Shown piece after piece: positions 1 to 9,916 of a stretch of DNA of 32,000 bases (position 1 is the stretch's first letter; every line of letters starts with the position of its first letter). The stretch is from Methylorubrum extorquens (lineage in GTDB: Bacteria; Pseudomonadota; Alphaproteobacteria; Rhizobiales; Beijerinckiaceae), in contig LT962688.1 in the NCBI GenBank assembly GCA_900234795.1, positions 2,190,001 through 2,222,000 on the forward strand. The letters run 5' to 3'. The notes under the pieces were generated by a model. That model saw nothing but the letters and a program-made list of their open reading frames with translations. It made no database searches and was not told the origin of the DNA. A program made the position numbers and the translations under genes.

Positions 1-26
1 GTGACTGTCCTGGAGGACCGGCCAGA

Positions 27-455
27 ATGCCGCACTCGATTGCGCGGGAACGTTTCATCCACCACAATGATGTCATCGTGACCATCATGACTCGCCTTGC
101 ATCGACGGGCCGTACCCATGCCGGCCGACCGGCCCGCATCGTTCTGTCCACGCTGGTCGGGCTGCTGAGCCTGCTCGTCGTCATCGGACTGCCGACCGAC
201 GGCTCTGCCCTCGGCGGGATCCCGCAGGCACATGGCGTGGTGACGTTCGAGCAACGCCCCGACACGGACCCGCTCGCCAGCGTGCGGATCGGCCACGCCG
301 TGCTCGATCTCGACGAGGTCGCGAAACTCGGGCGCGTGAGCGCGGTCCTTCCGGGTCTCGACCGCGTGCGGGCGTCGTCCCGTCCCCGTCCCCTCTCGGA
401 TCGGAACCCCGCTGCCGCCGAACGCGGTCAGCCCGAGCGTCCGCCCTGGGCCTGA
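27..455 (+). CDS. hypothetical membrane-anchored protein (single N-terminal TM helix)
   Basis: ATG at 27 follows GGAGGA (13-18). Third-position GC is high along the frame. Hydrophobic segment IVLSTLVGLLSLLVVIGLP. No family recognised. Confidence 0.35.
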   Translation: MPHSIARERFIHHNDVIVTIMTRLASTGRTHAGRPARIVLSTLVGLLSLLVVIGLPTDGSALGGIPQAHGVVTFEQRPDTDPLASVRIGHAVLDLDEVAKLGRVSAVLPGLDRVRASSRPRPLSDRNPAAAERGQPERPPWA

Positions 456-834
456 CAGGCGCGCGGTCGCGGTCGTACGGGCGTTGCGAGAGGTTTGAGC
501 GATGGCATGGCGCCGATGCGCGCCGTCGTCGGATTGCCAAACTTCGCGCCCAGGATGTACCCCGACCCCATTCGGCTGTCCCGCACCGTCGATCCCGATG
601 CCTCTGGCATCTTACGTCCAGGGCCTTCGATCCCCGATCGTCGCAGCGGCCCGGTGATTGCAACGGCGCGCGAGGCCGATCCGGTCTCCCCCGTCATCCG
701 TGACGCGCGGTGACGCTCTCCTTCCCGGGGGACCGCCGGCCGCGTCACGGCATCGGCTCGAAGGCCAGCACCGGCCTTCGGACAGACGTCGATGCGACAA
801 CAAATGCCGAGAGCATCGTAGGAGTAACCCCATC

Positions 835-2160
835 GTGACGCCGTCTCCCCAGTCGCCCGGCAGCAATCCCGGCCTTGCCAAGGCCGGAAGCCGCCGCTCC
901 CGCTGGTCCCTGCCGGCCTCTCTTCTCGTCGGTGCCGTCCTCGTCGCCGTCTCGGCCTGCAACGAGCAGAAGGCGGCCGCGCCCGTGCCGCTGCCGCCGC
1001 CCGAGGTCAGCGTCGTCAGCGTCCGTCCGCAACCGATCCCCTACGTCCGTGACCTGCCCGGCCGCGTCGCGCCGATGCGCATCGCCGAGGTGCGCTCGCG
1101 GGTCTCGGGTCTGGTGATCCGGCGCCTGTTCGAGCAGGGCAGCCACGTCAACGAGGGCGACGTCCTCTACAAGATCGACCCGGCCCCCTATCAGGTCGAC
1201 CTCGCCAGCGCCGAGGCGACTTTGGCCAACCGCGAGGCCGCCCTGGTGCTGGCCAACCAGCAGGCCGACCGCCTCGAGACCCTGCTCGCCCGCAACACCG
1301 CGAGCCAGGCGCAGTACGACACGGCGTTTGCCGCCAAGAAGCAGGCCGAGGCCGAAGTCGCCGGCGCCAAGGCGGCCCGCGACCGGGCCCGGCTCAACCT
1401 GTCCTGGACCGACGTGCGCGCGCCGATCTCCGGCCGCATCGGCCGGGCGCTGCTCACCGAGGGTACGCTGATCGAGTCCGGCATCACCGGCGTGCTCGCC
1501 ACGATCCAGCAGCTCGATCCGATCTACGTCGACATCACCCAGTCGGTGGGCGAGCTGAACAAGCTGCGCCGCGACATCGCCTCGGGCGAACTCGCCAAGC
1601 TCGCCGCCGACACCGCCAACGTCCACCTCATCATGGACGACGGCACGCTCTACGGCTCGGCCGGGCGCCTGCTGTTCTCCGACGTCACCGCCGACCCGAG
1701 CACGGGCCAGGTGACGCTGCGGGTGCAGTTCCCCAACCCGCACAACGAGCTGTTTCCCGGCATGTATGTCCGCGCCCGGATCAAGCAGGGCATCGACTCG
1801 GACGCCATCGCCGTGCCGCAGCAGGCGATCCAGCGCACCAGTGACGGCAAGCCCGAGGTCTGGGTGGTCAAGCCCGACGGCAAGGTCATGCTCCAGCCGG
1901 TCGAGGTCGGCCCCGTGGTCGGCGGCAACTGGCTGATCCGCGAGGGCCTGGAGGGCGGCGAGAAGGTCGTCGTCGAAGGCTTCCAGAAGATCTCCGCGGG
2001 CATCCAGGTGAAGACCGTCCCGTGGAAGACGGAGACCGCTGCCGACGAGGGCAAGCCGATCGACACCGACAGTCACGACACCGACGGCAAGGAGACGAAC
2101 GAGAAGAGTTCGTCCGCGGCCGAGCCGGCCGCCCAGCCCGTCGCCCAGTTCGCCGACTGA
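835..2160 (+). CDS. RND efflux periplasmic adaptor subunit (membrane fusion protein, AcrA/MexA-like), lipoprotein
   Basis: Track ORF 658..2160. Likely GTG start at 835, 10 nt after AGGAG (820-824). Signal peptide with lipobox LVAVSAC. HlyD/MFP-type motifs YKIDPAPYQ and LSWTDVRAPISGRIG. Sits directly upstream of the RND permease. Confidence 0.9.
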   Translation: MTPSPQSPGSNPGLAKAGSRRSRWSLPASLLVGAVLVAVSACNEQKAAAPVPLPPPEVSVVSVRPQPIPYVRDLPGRVAPMRIAEVRSRVSGLVIRRLFEQGSHVNEGDVLYKIDPAPYQVDLASAEATLANREAALVLANQQADRLETLLARNTASQAQYDTAFAAKKQAEAEVAGAKAARDRARLNLSWTDVRAPISGRIGRALLTEGTLIESGITGVLATIQQLDPIYVDITQSVGELNKLRRDIASGELAKLAADTANVHLIMDDGTLYGSAGRLLFSDVTADPSTGQVTLRVQFPNPHNELFPGMYVRARIKQGIDSDAIAVPQQAIQRTSDGKPEVWVVKPDGKVMLQPVEVGPVVGGNWLIREGLEGGEKVVVEGFQKISAGIQVKTVPWKTETAADEGKPIDTDSHDTDGKETNEKSSSAAEPAAQPVAQFAD

Positions 2161-2238
2161 TTCTTTCTCAAGCATCGCGCGGCCGGCGGGCGTCCCGACG
2201 CCCCGCCGGCCCGATGGCATAGGACATCAACGCGCCTC

Positions 2239-5200
2239 ATGGCTCGCTTCTTCATCGACCGGCCGGTCTTCGCCTGGGTCGTCGCCCTCTTCATTCTGCT
2301 GGGCGGCGCGCTCTCGATCCCGCAACTGCCGATCGCCCAGTACCCGATCATCGCGCCCCCCGCGATCGCGCTCTCGACCTCGTATCCCGGCGCCTCGGTG
2401 GAGAATCTCTACACCGGCACGACGCGCCTCATCGAGGACGAGCTCAACGGTGCGGCCAACATCCTGAGCTTCGAATCGGCCTCCGACTCGTTCGGCGTGG
2501 TCGAGATCACCGCGAGCTTCCAGCCCGGCACCGATCCCGGCTACGCCGGCGTCGAGGTGCAGAACCGCTTGAAGCGCGTCGAGGCGCGCCTGCCAGCCGA
2601 GGTGCGCCAGCAGGGCATCCTCGTGGAGGAGGCCTCGGCTGCGACGCTGAACATCATCACGCTCGTCTCCACCGACGGGAAGACCGACGAGGTGGGGCTG
2701 GGCGACTTCCTGATCCGCAACGTCATCAACGAGATCCGCCGCATCCCCGGCGTCGGCCGCGCGACCCTCTACTCGACCGAGCGGGCGCTGCGGATCTGGA
2801 TTGACCCGGACAAGCTGCGCGGCCTCTCGCTGAACGCCGCCGACGTGACCAAGGCGATCGGCCGGCAGAACGTGCAGATCGCCTCCGGTGCCGTCGGCGC
2901 GCAGCCGTCGCCTGAGCGCCACGCCGTCAACTTCCCCATCATCGTCAAGGGGCAGATGACCGAGCCGGAGGCGTTCGGCGCCATCGTGCTGCGGGCGAAC
3001 CCCGACGGCTCCAACGTGCGCCTGCGCGACGTCGCCCGGATCGAACTCGGCGGCGACGACTACAAGTTCACCACCCGCCTCAACGGCGGCCCGGCGGCGG
3101 GCATCTCCGTGACGCTGGCGCCCGACGGCAATGCCATCGAGACGGCGAAGGCCATCCGCGCCAAGATGGTGGAGCTGTCGCAGTTCTTCCCCGACACGGT
3201 GAAGTGGGACATCCCCTACGACATCACGCCCGCGGTCGATGCCTCGATCGAGAAGGTGCTGCACACGCTGGTCGAAGCGGTGGTGCTGGTCTTCATCGTC
3301 ATGTTCGTGTTCCTCCAGAACATCCGCTACACCCTCATCCCGACCATCGTCGTGCCGATCGCCCTGTTCGGCACCTGCACCGTCATGCTGCTCGCGGGCT
3401 TCTCCGTGAACGTGCTGACCATGTTCGGCATGGTGCTGGCCATCGGCATCCTCGTCGATGACGCCATCGTCGTCGTCGAGAACGTCGAGCGCATCATGAA
3501 CGAGGAAGGGCTGCCCCCGAAGGAGGCGACCCGGAAGGCGATGAGCCAGATCACGGGGGCGATCATCGGCATCACCCTGGTGCTGATCGCCGTGTTCATC
3601 CCGATGGCGTTCTTCCCCGGCTCGGTCGGCATCATCTACCGGCAGTTCTCGATCGCGATGGTGACCTCCATCGCCTTCTCGGCCCTGCTCGCCCTCTCGC
3701 TCACCCCGGCCCTCTGCGCCACGATGCTGAAGCCGATCGAGAAGGGGCACGGTCACGCCAAGGGCGGCGTGTTCGGATGGTTCAACCGGTTCGTCGACCG
3801 GGAGACCGCCCGATACGGCCGCGGTGTGGCATGGTTCATCCGGAAGTCCGGCCGGGTGATGCTGATCTACCTCGTGCTGGTGGCGGGCGTGGCCTACGCC
3901 TTCATGCGCCTGCCCGAGGGCTTCCTGCCGCTCGAGGATCAGGGCTTCTTCACCGTCGATATCCAGACCCCGCCGGGCTCCTCCTTCAACCGCACGGAAG
4001 CGGCGGTGAAGAAGGTCGAGGATTATCTCCTGGCCCAGCCGGGCGTGGCGACGGTCACCGTCATCAACGGCTTCTCCTTCTCCGGCCAGGGCCAGATGAC
4101 GAGCCAGGCCTTCGTCACGCTCAAGCCCTGGAGCGAGCGTGACGCGGCGAATTCCGCCGCCAAGCTGGTCGAGGGCACCAACAAGGCGCTCGGGGGCTAC
4201 AAGGATGCCGTGATCCAGGCGCTGGAGCCGCCGCCGATCGACAACCTCGGCAACGCCTCCGGCTTCTCGTTCCGCCTGCAGGACCGGGCGCAGAAGGGCT
4301 ATTCGGCGCTGATGGCGGCCCAGGAGCAACTGCTCTCGCTCGCCCGCAAGAGCCCCGTGCTGACGAAGGTCTATGTCGAGGGCCTGCCGCCCGCGCCCGA
4401 GGCCGAACTCATCATCGACCGCGAGAAGGCGGCCGCGCTTGGCGTCGATTTCGAGGACATCAACAACACGATCCAGGTCAATCTCGGCTCGGTCTACGTC
4501 AACGACTTCCCGAATCGCGGCAAGATGCAGCGCGTGATCGTGCAGTCCGAGGATCTCCAGCGCCTGCACGCGGCGGACCTGTTGAACTACTCGGTCAAGA
4601 ACGCGCAGGGGACGATGGTACCGATGTCCTCCTTTGCCGACCTGAAATGGGGCGTCGGGCCGGCCCAGATCATCGGCTTCAACGGCTACCAGTCGGTGCG
4701 CATCACCGGCGATCCGGCCCCCGGCTACACCTCCGGCGACACCATCAAGGAGATGGAGCGGCTGATGACCTTCCTGCCGAAGGGCTTCGGCTACGCCTGG
4801 ACCGGCCAGTCGCTCCAGGAGAAGGAGGCGGGCTCCCAGGCCTCGCTGCTGCTGGCACTGTCGGTGCTGATCGTGTTCCTGTGTCTGGCCGCGCTCTACG
4901 AGAGCTGGTCGATCCCGATCTCCGTGCTGCTCGTGATCCCGCTCGGCGTCATCGGCTCGGTGGCGGCGGTGTATCTGCGCGGCATGCCCAACGACGTCTA
5001 CTTCAAGATCGGGCTCATCACGATCATCGGCCTGTCGGCCAAGAACGCGATCCTGATCGTGGAGTTCGCCCGCGACCTGTGGAAGCCCGGCACCAACATC
5101 GTCCAGGCGACGATCCAGGCGGCGACGCTCCGCTTCCGCCCGATCGTGATGACCTCGCTCGCCTTCATCTTCGGCGTGGTGCCGCTGGCGATTGCCACGG

Positions 5201-5403
5201 GCGCCTCCTCGAAGAGCCAGCAGGCCATCGGCACGGGCGTGATGGGCGGCATGATCTCGGCCACCGTGCTCGCGGTGTTCTTCGTGCCGGTGTTCTTCGT
5301 GGTGGTGATGCGCCTGTTCAAGCGCAAGGAGGTCGCCGCGGGCGAGAACGCGGAGCAGGTGCCTGCTCCGGCTCATCATGGGCACTCGGTGCCGGCGGAG
5401 TAG
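2239..5403 (+). CDS. RND (HAE1 family, AcrB/MexB-like) multidrug efflux permease
   Basis: 1054 aa. Canonical N-terminus MARFFIDRPVFAWVVALFILLGG. Conserved TM4 region GMVLAIGILVDDAIVVVENVER. About 12 TM segments with two large periplasmic loops. Confidence 0.95.
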   Translation: MARFFIDRPVFAWVVALFILLGGALSIPQLPIAQYPIIAPPAIALSTSYPGASVENLYTGTTRLIEDELNGAANILSFESASDSFGVVEITASFQPGTDPGYAGVEVQNRLKRVEARLPAEVRQQGILVEEASAATLNIITLVSTDGKTDEVGLGDFLIRNVINEIRRIPGVGRATLYSTERALRIWIDPDKLRGLSLNAADVTKAIGRQNVQIASGAVGAQPSPERHAVNFPIIVKGQMTEPEAFGAIVLRANPDGSNVRLRDVARIELGGDDYKFTTRLNGGPAAGISVTLAPDGNAIETAKAIRAKMVELSQFFPDTVKWDIPYDITPAVDASIEKVLHTLVEAVVLVFIVMFVFLQNIRYTLIPTIVVPIALFGTCTVMLLAGFSVNVLTMFGMVLAIGILVDDAIVVVENVERIMNEEGLPPKEATRKAMSQITGAIIGITLVLIAVFIPMAFFPGSVGIIYRQFSIAMVTSIAFSALLALSLTPALCATMLKPIEKGHGHAKGGVFGWFNRFVDRETARYGRGVAWFIRKSGRVMLIYLVLVAGVAYAFMRLPEGFLPLEDQGFFTVDIQTPPGSSFNRTEAAVKKVEDYLLAQPGVATVTVINGFSFSGQGQMTSQAFVTLKPWSERDAANSAAKLVEGTNKALGGYKDAVIQALEPPPIDNLGNASGFSFRLQDRAQKGYSALMAAQEQLLSLARKSPVLTKVYVEGLPPAPEAELIIDREKAAALGVDFEDINNTIQVNLGSVYVNDFPNRGKMQRVIVQSEDLQRLHAADLLNYSVKNAQGTMVPMSSFADLKWGVGPAQIIGFNGYQSVRITGDPAPGYTSGDTIKEMERLMTFLPKGFGYAWTGQSLQEKEAGSQASLLLALSVLIVFLCLAALYESWSIPISVLLVIPLGVIGSVAAVYLRGMPNDVYFKIGLITIIGLSAKNAILIVEFARDLWKPGTNIVQATIQAATLRFRPIVMTSLAFIFGVVPLAIATGASSKSQQAIGTGVMGGMISATVLAVFFVPVFFVVVMRLFKRKEVAAGENAEQVPAPAHHGHSVPAE

Positions 5404-5415
5404 CAAGCTCAGGGA

Positions 5416-5441
5416 GCGGGCGCGGTTGGAACCGTGCCCGC
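5416..5441. terminator. GC-rich hairpin between convergent genes (possible bidirectional terminator, no U-tract)
   Basis: GCGGGCGCGGT-TGGA-ACCGTGCCCGC: 11-bp stem with one G-U pair. Lies between the permease stop (5403) and the antitoxin stop (5453). Confidence 0.3.
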
Positions 5442-5452
5442 CATGATCGGGT

Positions 5453-5839
5453 TCAGCCGAGCCAATCCGGCGCGACACCCGTGCAGGATGCGATGCGCTG
5501 CCGTTGCCCGTCGTCCGGATCGGCTTCCGCTCGCTCGAACCGGATGATGGCGTCTTGCGGGATGCCGGTGGCTTTCGAGAGGTCGGCCTGCGTGCCGCCG
5601 CCGTGAGCGCGGGCAGCCGCGACCGGCGAACCGTGTTCGACCACGAGCTTCACGAACCAGTGCGGTATCGCAGCAGGTTGCCCCGCTGCTTCCTCAATCA
5701 GGTACGCGTCCGTGATCCGTGCCGCGTCGCGATCCTCGGTCGCTTCGCCGTCGATGGTGGCGAGAAGGGCGTCGTACTCTCGTCGCGTCAGCACGACGAG
5801 TTCCTCGCCCGTTTCCGTTCTGATGATTTGCGGCTTCAT
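5453..5839 (-). CDS. type II antitoxin, C-terminal Xre-type HTH with a Phd/YefM-like N-terminal segment
   Basis: 128 aa. ATG is 15 nt downstream of the toxin stop, with GAGGGTG as RBS. N-terminus IIRTETGEELVVLTRREYDALL. C-terminal HTH GTQADLSKATGIPQDAIIRFERAE. Confidence 0.7.
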   Translation of the reverse strand: MKPQIIRTETGEELVVLTRREYDALLATIDGEATEDRDAARITDAYLIEEAAGQPAAIPHWFVKLVVEHGSPVAAARAHGGGTQADLSKATGIPQDAIIRFERAEADPDDGQRQRIASCTGVAPDWLG

Positions 5840-5854
5840 GGCTGCTGCACCCTC

Positions 5855-6097
5855 TCAGGTGTAGATGTCACGTCGGTCACCGATCGCAAAGACCGAGATC
5901 GTATCGCCAGTCTCGGTGAAGACCGCGCGGTAATCGCCGATCCGCAGCCGCACACCGGGCCGGCCAACCAGGGACTTCGTCGAACCCAAGCCGGTTGCCG
6001 CGTAGCGTTCCAGCTTCGCCAGGATATCGGCCTGCGCGGGCTTGGGGAGTTTGGTGAGGCTTTTGAGGGCAGCGGCTGTGTAGAGAATAGTCTTCAC
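5855..6097 (-). CDS. type II toxin, RelE/ParE superfamily
   Basis: 80 aa, GTG start. Characteristic C-terminal half VGRPGVRLRIGDYRAVFTETGDTISVFAIGDRRDIY. The toxin precedes the antitoxin (HigBA-like order). Confidence 0.75.
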   Translation of the reverse strand: MKTILYTAAALKSLTKLPKPAQADILAKLERYAATGLGSTKSLVGRPGVRLRIGDYRAVFTETGDTISVFAIGDRRDIYT

Positions 6098-6174
6098 GGC
6101 ATCGGCGTCGCAGGCATGCGCGCAAGAGTGCAGAGTCGCTCAGACGATGCAGCCGTAAAGTGCCGGCGCGGCGA

Positions 6175-6486
6175 TCAATGACGCCGGTCGAACACCCGCC
6201 GCGCGCCATATCCGGCCGCCGCCCAGAGAAACGCCGAGACCGTTCGCACCGGAAAGAACGTCGGCAGGTCGGCCGCGACAGGGGCCGGCCAGGGCAGGCC
6301 GATCCGCGTCACGAGCCACGCGAACAGCACCGAGACCCCCAAAGCGGCGATGGCCGCGATGAAGACCTTGCCGAACTGATCCGCCTTCCAGCCGAGGAAC
6401 ACGGCGATCAGGATCAGGAGGGGGTCGAACCCGGCGAGGATCCAGACCGAGAACGAATAGACCGGGACGACGGGGGCGGCGTTCAC
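6175..6486 (-). CDS. small hypothetical integral membrane protein (about 3 TM)
   Basis: GTG at 6486 overlaps the gatA stop (GTGA). Hydrophobic stretches [20 protein letters not shown] and [19 protein letters not shown]. The rest of track ORF 6175..7116 is a gatA shadow frame. Confidence 0.5.
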   Translation of the reverse strand: MNAAPVVPVYSFSVWILAGFDPLLILIAVFLGWKADQFGKVFIAAIAALGVSVLFAWLVTRIGLPWPAPVAADLPTFFPVRTVSAFLWAAAGYGARRVFDRRH

Positions 6487-7964
6487 GCCCACCACGCCTT
6501 CGGCAGGCTGATCCGCCCGGCCGCATTCTCGATGGTCTGCGCGGCGGCGAACAGTGTCTCCTCGTCGAAGGGACGCCCGATGAGCTGGAGGCCGAGCGGC
6601 AGCCCCTGCGCGTCGAGGCCGGCCGGCACCGAGATGCCGGGCAGGCCGGCCATGTTCACCGTCACCGTGAACACGTCGTTGAGATACATCTCGACCGGGT
6701 CGGCAGAGGCCATCTCGCCGATGCCGAAGGCGGCCGACGGGGTTGCGGGGGTGAGGATCGCATCGACGCCGGCGGCGTAGGCCGCCTCGAAGTCGCGCTT
6801 GATCAGCGTGCGGATCTTCTGGGCCCGGACGTAGTAGGCGTCGTAATAGCCCGCCGACAGCACGTAGGTGCCGATCATGATGCGGCGCTTCACCTCGCGG
6901 CCGAAGCCGGCGGCGCGGGTGTTCTCGTACATCCCGGCGATGTCTTTGCCCGGCACCCGCAGGCCGTAGCGGACGCCGTCGTAGCGGGCGAGGTTCGAGG
7001 AGGCCTCGGCCGGCGCCACGATGTAGTAGGCCGGCAGCGCGTATTGCGTGTGCGGCAGCGAGATTTCCTTGATCGTCGCGCCGGCTTCCCGCAGCCAGTC
7101 CGCGCCCTGGTCCCACAGCCGCTGGATCTCGGCGGGCATGCCCTCGACCCGGTATTCCTTCGGGATGCCGATGGTGAGGCCCTTCACGCCCCGCGAGATC
7201 GCCGCCTCGAAATCGGGCACCGGCATGTCTACGGACGTCGTATCACGCGGGTCGTGTCCAGCCATGGAGCCGAGCAGGATCGCGCAATCCTGCACCGTGC
7301 GGGCGATCGGGCCGGCCTGATCGAGGGAGGAGGCGTAGGCGATGATGCCCCAGCGTGAGCAGCGGCCGTAGGTCGGCTTGATGCCGACGGTGCCGGTGAA
7401 GGCGGCGGGCTGGCGGATCGAGCCGCCGGTATCGGTCGCCGTGGCGCCGAGGCAGAGATGCGCGGCCACCGCTGCCGCCGAGCCGCCCGACGAGCCGCCG
7501 GGCACCAGCGGCGCGTCGGAGCCCTGGCGGCGCCAGGGGGAGATCGTCTTGCCGTAGGCGCTGGTCTCGTTGGACGAGCCCATGGCGAACTCGTCGAGGT
7601 TGAGCTTGCCCAGCATCACCGCGCCGTCGCGCCAGAGCTGGGACGAGACGTTCGACTCGTAATGCGGCTCGAACCCTTCGAGGATCTTCGAGCCTGCGGT
7701 GGTGTCGACGCCCTGCGTCGCGAACAGGTCCTTGATGCCGAGCGGCAGGCCCTCGAGCGGGCGCGCCTCGCCCTTGGCGATCTTCTGGTCCGAGACCTCG
7801 GCCATCTTCAGCGCCCGGTCGGGCGTCGCGACGATGTAGGCGTTGAGCGCCTTTGCCCGGTCGATGGCGTCGAGATGCGCCTGCGCGATCTCGCGGGCCG
7901 AGAAGTCTTTGGCCTTCAGCCCGTCGCGAGCCTCGGCCAGGGTGAGTTCGTTGAGTGCCGTCAT
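6483..7964 (-). CDS. gatA: Asp-tRNA(Asn)/Glu-tRNA(Gln) amidotransferase subunit A
   Basis: 493 aa. Amidase signature [14 protein letters not shown]-terminus [26 protein letters not shown] is typical of GatA. gatC lies upstream. Confidence 0.95.
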   Translation of the reverse strand: MTALNELTLAEARDGLKAKDFSAREIAQAHLDAIDRAKALNAYIVATPDRALKMAEVSDQKIAKGEARPLEGLPLGIKDLFATQGVDTTAGSKILEGFEPHYESNVSSQLWRDGAVMLGKLNLDEFAMGSSNETSAYGKTISPWRRQGSDAPLVPGGSSGGSAAAVAAHLCLGATATDTGGSIRQPAAFTGTVGIKPTYGRCSRWGIIAYASSLDQAGPIARTVQDCAILLGSMAGHDPRDTTSVDMPVPDFEAAISRGVKGLTIGIPKEYRVEGMPAEIQRLWDQGADWLREAGATIKEISLPHTQYALPAYYIVAPAEASSNLARYDGVRYGLRVPGKDIAGMYENTRAAGFGREVKRRIMIGTYVLSAGYYDAYYVRAQKIRTLIKRDFEAAYAAGVDAILTPATPSAAFGIGEMASADPVEMYLNDVFTVTVNMAGLPGISVPAGLDAQGLPLGLQLIGRPFDEETLFAAAQTIENAAGRISLPKAWWA

Positions 7965-8060
7965 GCCCGTTCCAAGTGTCTGCCAGGTATCCGCACCAAG
8001 CCCGCGGGCGCGTGGCGTCTCGCGGGTGGCAGAAAAGCCGCTCCGTCGCGTCCCAGGGGA

Positions 8061-8348
8061 CTACTCGACGACCTTCGGCACGAGAAAATAGTTGTCCTCG
8101 GTCTCGGGCGCGTTGGCGACGATGTCGCTCGCCCGGCCGCCGTCGTTCACCACGTCGGCGCGCTTCTTCATGCGCATCGGGGTGACGGAGGTCATCGGCT
8201 CGACGCCCTCGACGTCAACCGCGCCGAGTTGCTCGACGAAGGCGAGGATCGCGTTGAGCTCCCCCTTCAGCGGGCCGACTTCCTCGTCGGTCACCGCGAT
8301 GCGGGCCAGATGCGCGATGCGCCGTACCGTTGTCTCGTCGACCGACAT
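8061..8348 (-). CDS. gatC: Asp-tRNA(Asn)/Glu-tRNA(Gln) amidotransferase subunit C
   Basis: 95 aa from the ATG at 8348 ([23 protein letters not shown]...), the typical GatC length and sequence. The longer track ORF to 8441 is an upstream extension. Confidence 0.9.
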   Translation of the reverse strand: MSVDETTVRRIAHLARIAVTDEEVGPLKGELNAILAFVEQLGAVDVEGVEPMTSVTPMRMKKRADVVNDGGRASDIVANAPETEDNYFLVPKVVE

Positions 8349-8843
8349 GCCGCCCGTGTCGCCTCGCCTGCCGTGAGCGCGGGTGAAAGACCTCGCGCCG
8401 GGATCAGCCGGGCTATAGCACCCGCCTTCGCGCAGGGGCAACGCTCCGGGCCGCGCCGATGGCGGAGAGTGTCACAGAGCCTGTAATCCCCGATCGAACC
8501 GGCCGCTCAGACGATGACGTGGCCTCGCGTCACCGGCATGTCCACGGTGATTCCGGGGCGGCGGTAGCGGTCGGCGTTGTAGGCCCCGACGCAGAGGATC
8601 TCTACGGCAAGCGCCAGCATCAGCACGTGCCGCCGCATGAGGCGGCCGGAGGCGGGAGGGGTCGGCGTCGGCGTGAGGGGCACGGGGCGGTTCCGGCGTC
8701 GTTAATGAAACCTTAACACCGCTTTTCGCTTTCCGGTCCATCCCGGGAGGGACGACTGCCTGCCATGGTTAATCTGTGCGGTGGACAAGTCCGCGCGGGC
8801 GGGCGTAAGCCCCTCCCTCATCGGGATACGGGGAGGACGGGGC

Positions 8844-9422
8844 ATGTGGGACAGCGTCTTCCGGGAACTGCGTCCGGGGCTGACCTCCAGCGAGGCGGAT
8901 CTCGCCCGCGCCGAGGCCGAGCTCGGGTTCCCCCTTCCCCAGAGCTACCGCAACTTCGCGCAGAGCTGCGGCGCCGGGCGGATCGGCGGGCATCTGCGCA
9001 TCTTCACCCCGGTTCCGGTGGAGGCGGCGGATCTTGGTTCGCGCGCGCACCTGATCTCGCACGGCGTGGCGCTCGCCCTCGACGGCCTGCGCGACGAGGA
9101 CAGCGACGAGCCGCACCGCTTCACCATCGAGGGTGATGCCGATGCCGGGCTGATGGAGCGGGCCTGCTTCTTCGGGCAGACCGAGCGGGGCGATTTTCTG
9201 TTCTTCGACGTGACGCCCGGCTTTCCCGAATACGACATCTGGGTGCTGTGCGCCGATCTGGAGACGGTGCATTTCGGCGGCGCTGACCTGCCCACCTTCC
9301 TGCGCGGGCTTCAGGGCCTTGAGATCCTGCACATCCTCGGCGACGGGGAAGGTCCGCTGCCCGCGACCTTCGTCGGCGACGACGCAGCGGCCCTGGAACA
9401 GCTCGGAGCGACGGATTCGTGA
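8844..9422 (+). CDS. SMI1/KNR4 (SUKH-1 superfamily) protein
   Basis: ATG at 8844 follows GGGAGGA (8831-8837). N-terminal SUKH-like motif [22 protein letters not shown]. About 192 aa. Its stop overlaps the ruvX GTG (GTGA). Confidence 0.65.
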   Translation: MWDSVFRELRPGLTSSEADLARAEAELGFPLPQSYRNFAQSCGAGRIGGHLRIFTPVPVEAADLGSRAHLISHGVALALDGLRDEDSDEPHRFTIEGDADAGLMERACFFGQTERGDFLFFDVTPGFPEYDIWVLCADLETVHFGGADLPTFLRGLQGLEILHILGDGEGPLPATFVGDDAAALEQLGATDS

Positions 9423-9916
9423 ACCGGGAGGAGATGGCAGCCTTCGCCGAAGCCTCGGCCGGCGCGCCGCGCCTGATCGGGCTCGACCTCGGCACCAAGA
9501 CCATCGGAATCGCCCTGTCCGATGTCGGCCGGCAGATCGCCTCGCCGCTGGAGACGATCCGGCGGGTGAAGTTCACGCCCGACGTGGCGCGGATCGTGAC
9601 GCTCTGCGCGACGCACGCCGTCGGCGGCCTCGTAATCGGCCTGCCGCTCAACATGGACGGCTCCGAAGGCCCCCGTGCCCAATCGAGCCGAAGCTTTGCC
9701 CGTAACCTCAAGCCGCTGTTGCCGCTGCCGGTCCTGTTCTTCGACGAGCGCCTCTCCACCGCCGCCGTCACCCGCACGCTGATCGAAGCCGACGCCTCGC
9801 GGGCGCGTCGCGGCGAACTCGTGGACAAGCTCGCCGCCGCCTACATCCTGCAAAGCTGCCTCGACGTGATGGGCGGGATGTTTTCGGGCGCGGCCGAGGA
9901 GGCGGACGGGTTTTAA
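9419..9916 (+). CDS. ruvX: Holliday junction resolvase-like / pre-16S rRNA nuclease YqgF
   Basis: [18 protein letters not shown] and [19 protein letters not shown] are canonical YqgF motifs. Start is GTG 9419 or ATG 9434. Confidence 0.9.
   Translation: MNREEMAAFAEASAGAPRLIGLDLGTKTIGIALSDVGRQIASPLETIRRVKFTPDVARIVTLCATHAVGGLVIGLPLNMDGSEGPRAQSSRSFARNLKPLLPLPVLFFDERLSTAAVTRTLIEADASRARRGELVDKLAAAYILQSCLDVMGGMFSGAAEEADGF

Noticed and set aside
658-834. N-terminal 59 codons of track ORF 658..2160.
   Set aside because: The translation is Arg/Pro-rich non-protein-like sequence. GTG 835 has an AGGAG RBS and begins directly at a lipoprotein signal peptide.
2227-5478. Very long ORFs antisense or off-frame to clear genes. 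Examples: 2227..5478(-), 745..2220(-), 9311..11923(-), 19408..22170(-), 22733..24811(+), 26108..28438(+), 26148..28343(-), 29275..31992(-), 11709..13472(+).
   Set aside because: Each overlaps a gene with strong family motifs on the other strand or frame. Their translations are Arg/Gly/Pro/Ala/His low-complexity strings. Stop-poor shadow frames are expected at about 70% GC.
8507-8638. 43-codon minus-strand ORF, MRRHVLMLALAVEILCVGAYNADRYRRPGITVDMPVTRGHVIV, in the gatC / SMI1 intergenic region.
   Set aside because: It has a hydrophobic N-terminus and decent GC3, but no purine-rich RBS, and it is too short to separate from chance without conservation data.
8472-8741. Track ORFs 8472..8741(-) and 8459..8716(+).
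   Set aside because: Arg/Pro/His-rich translations with no motifs. They lie in an intergenic region.
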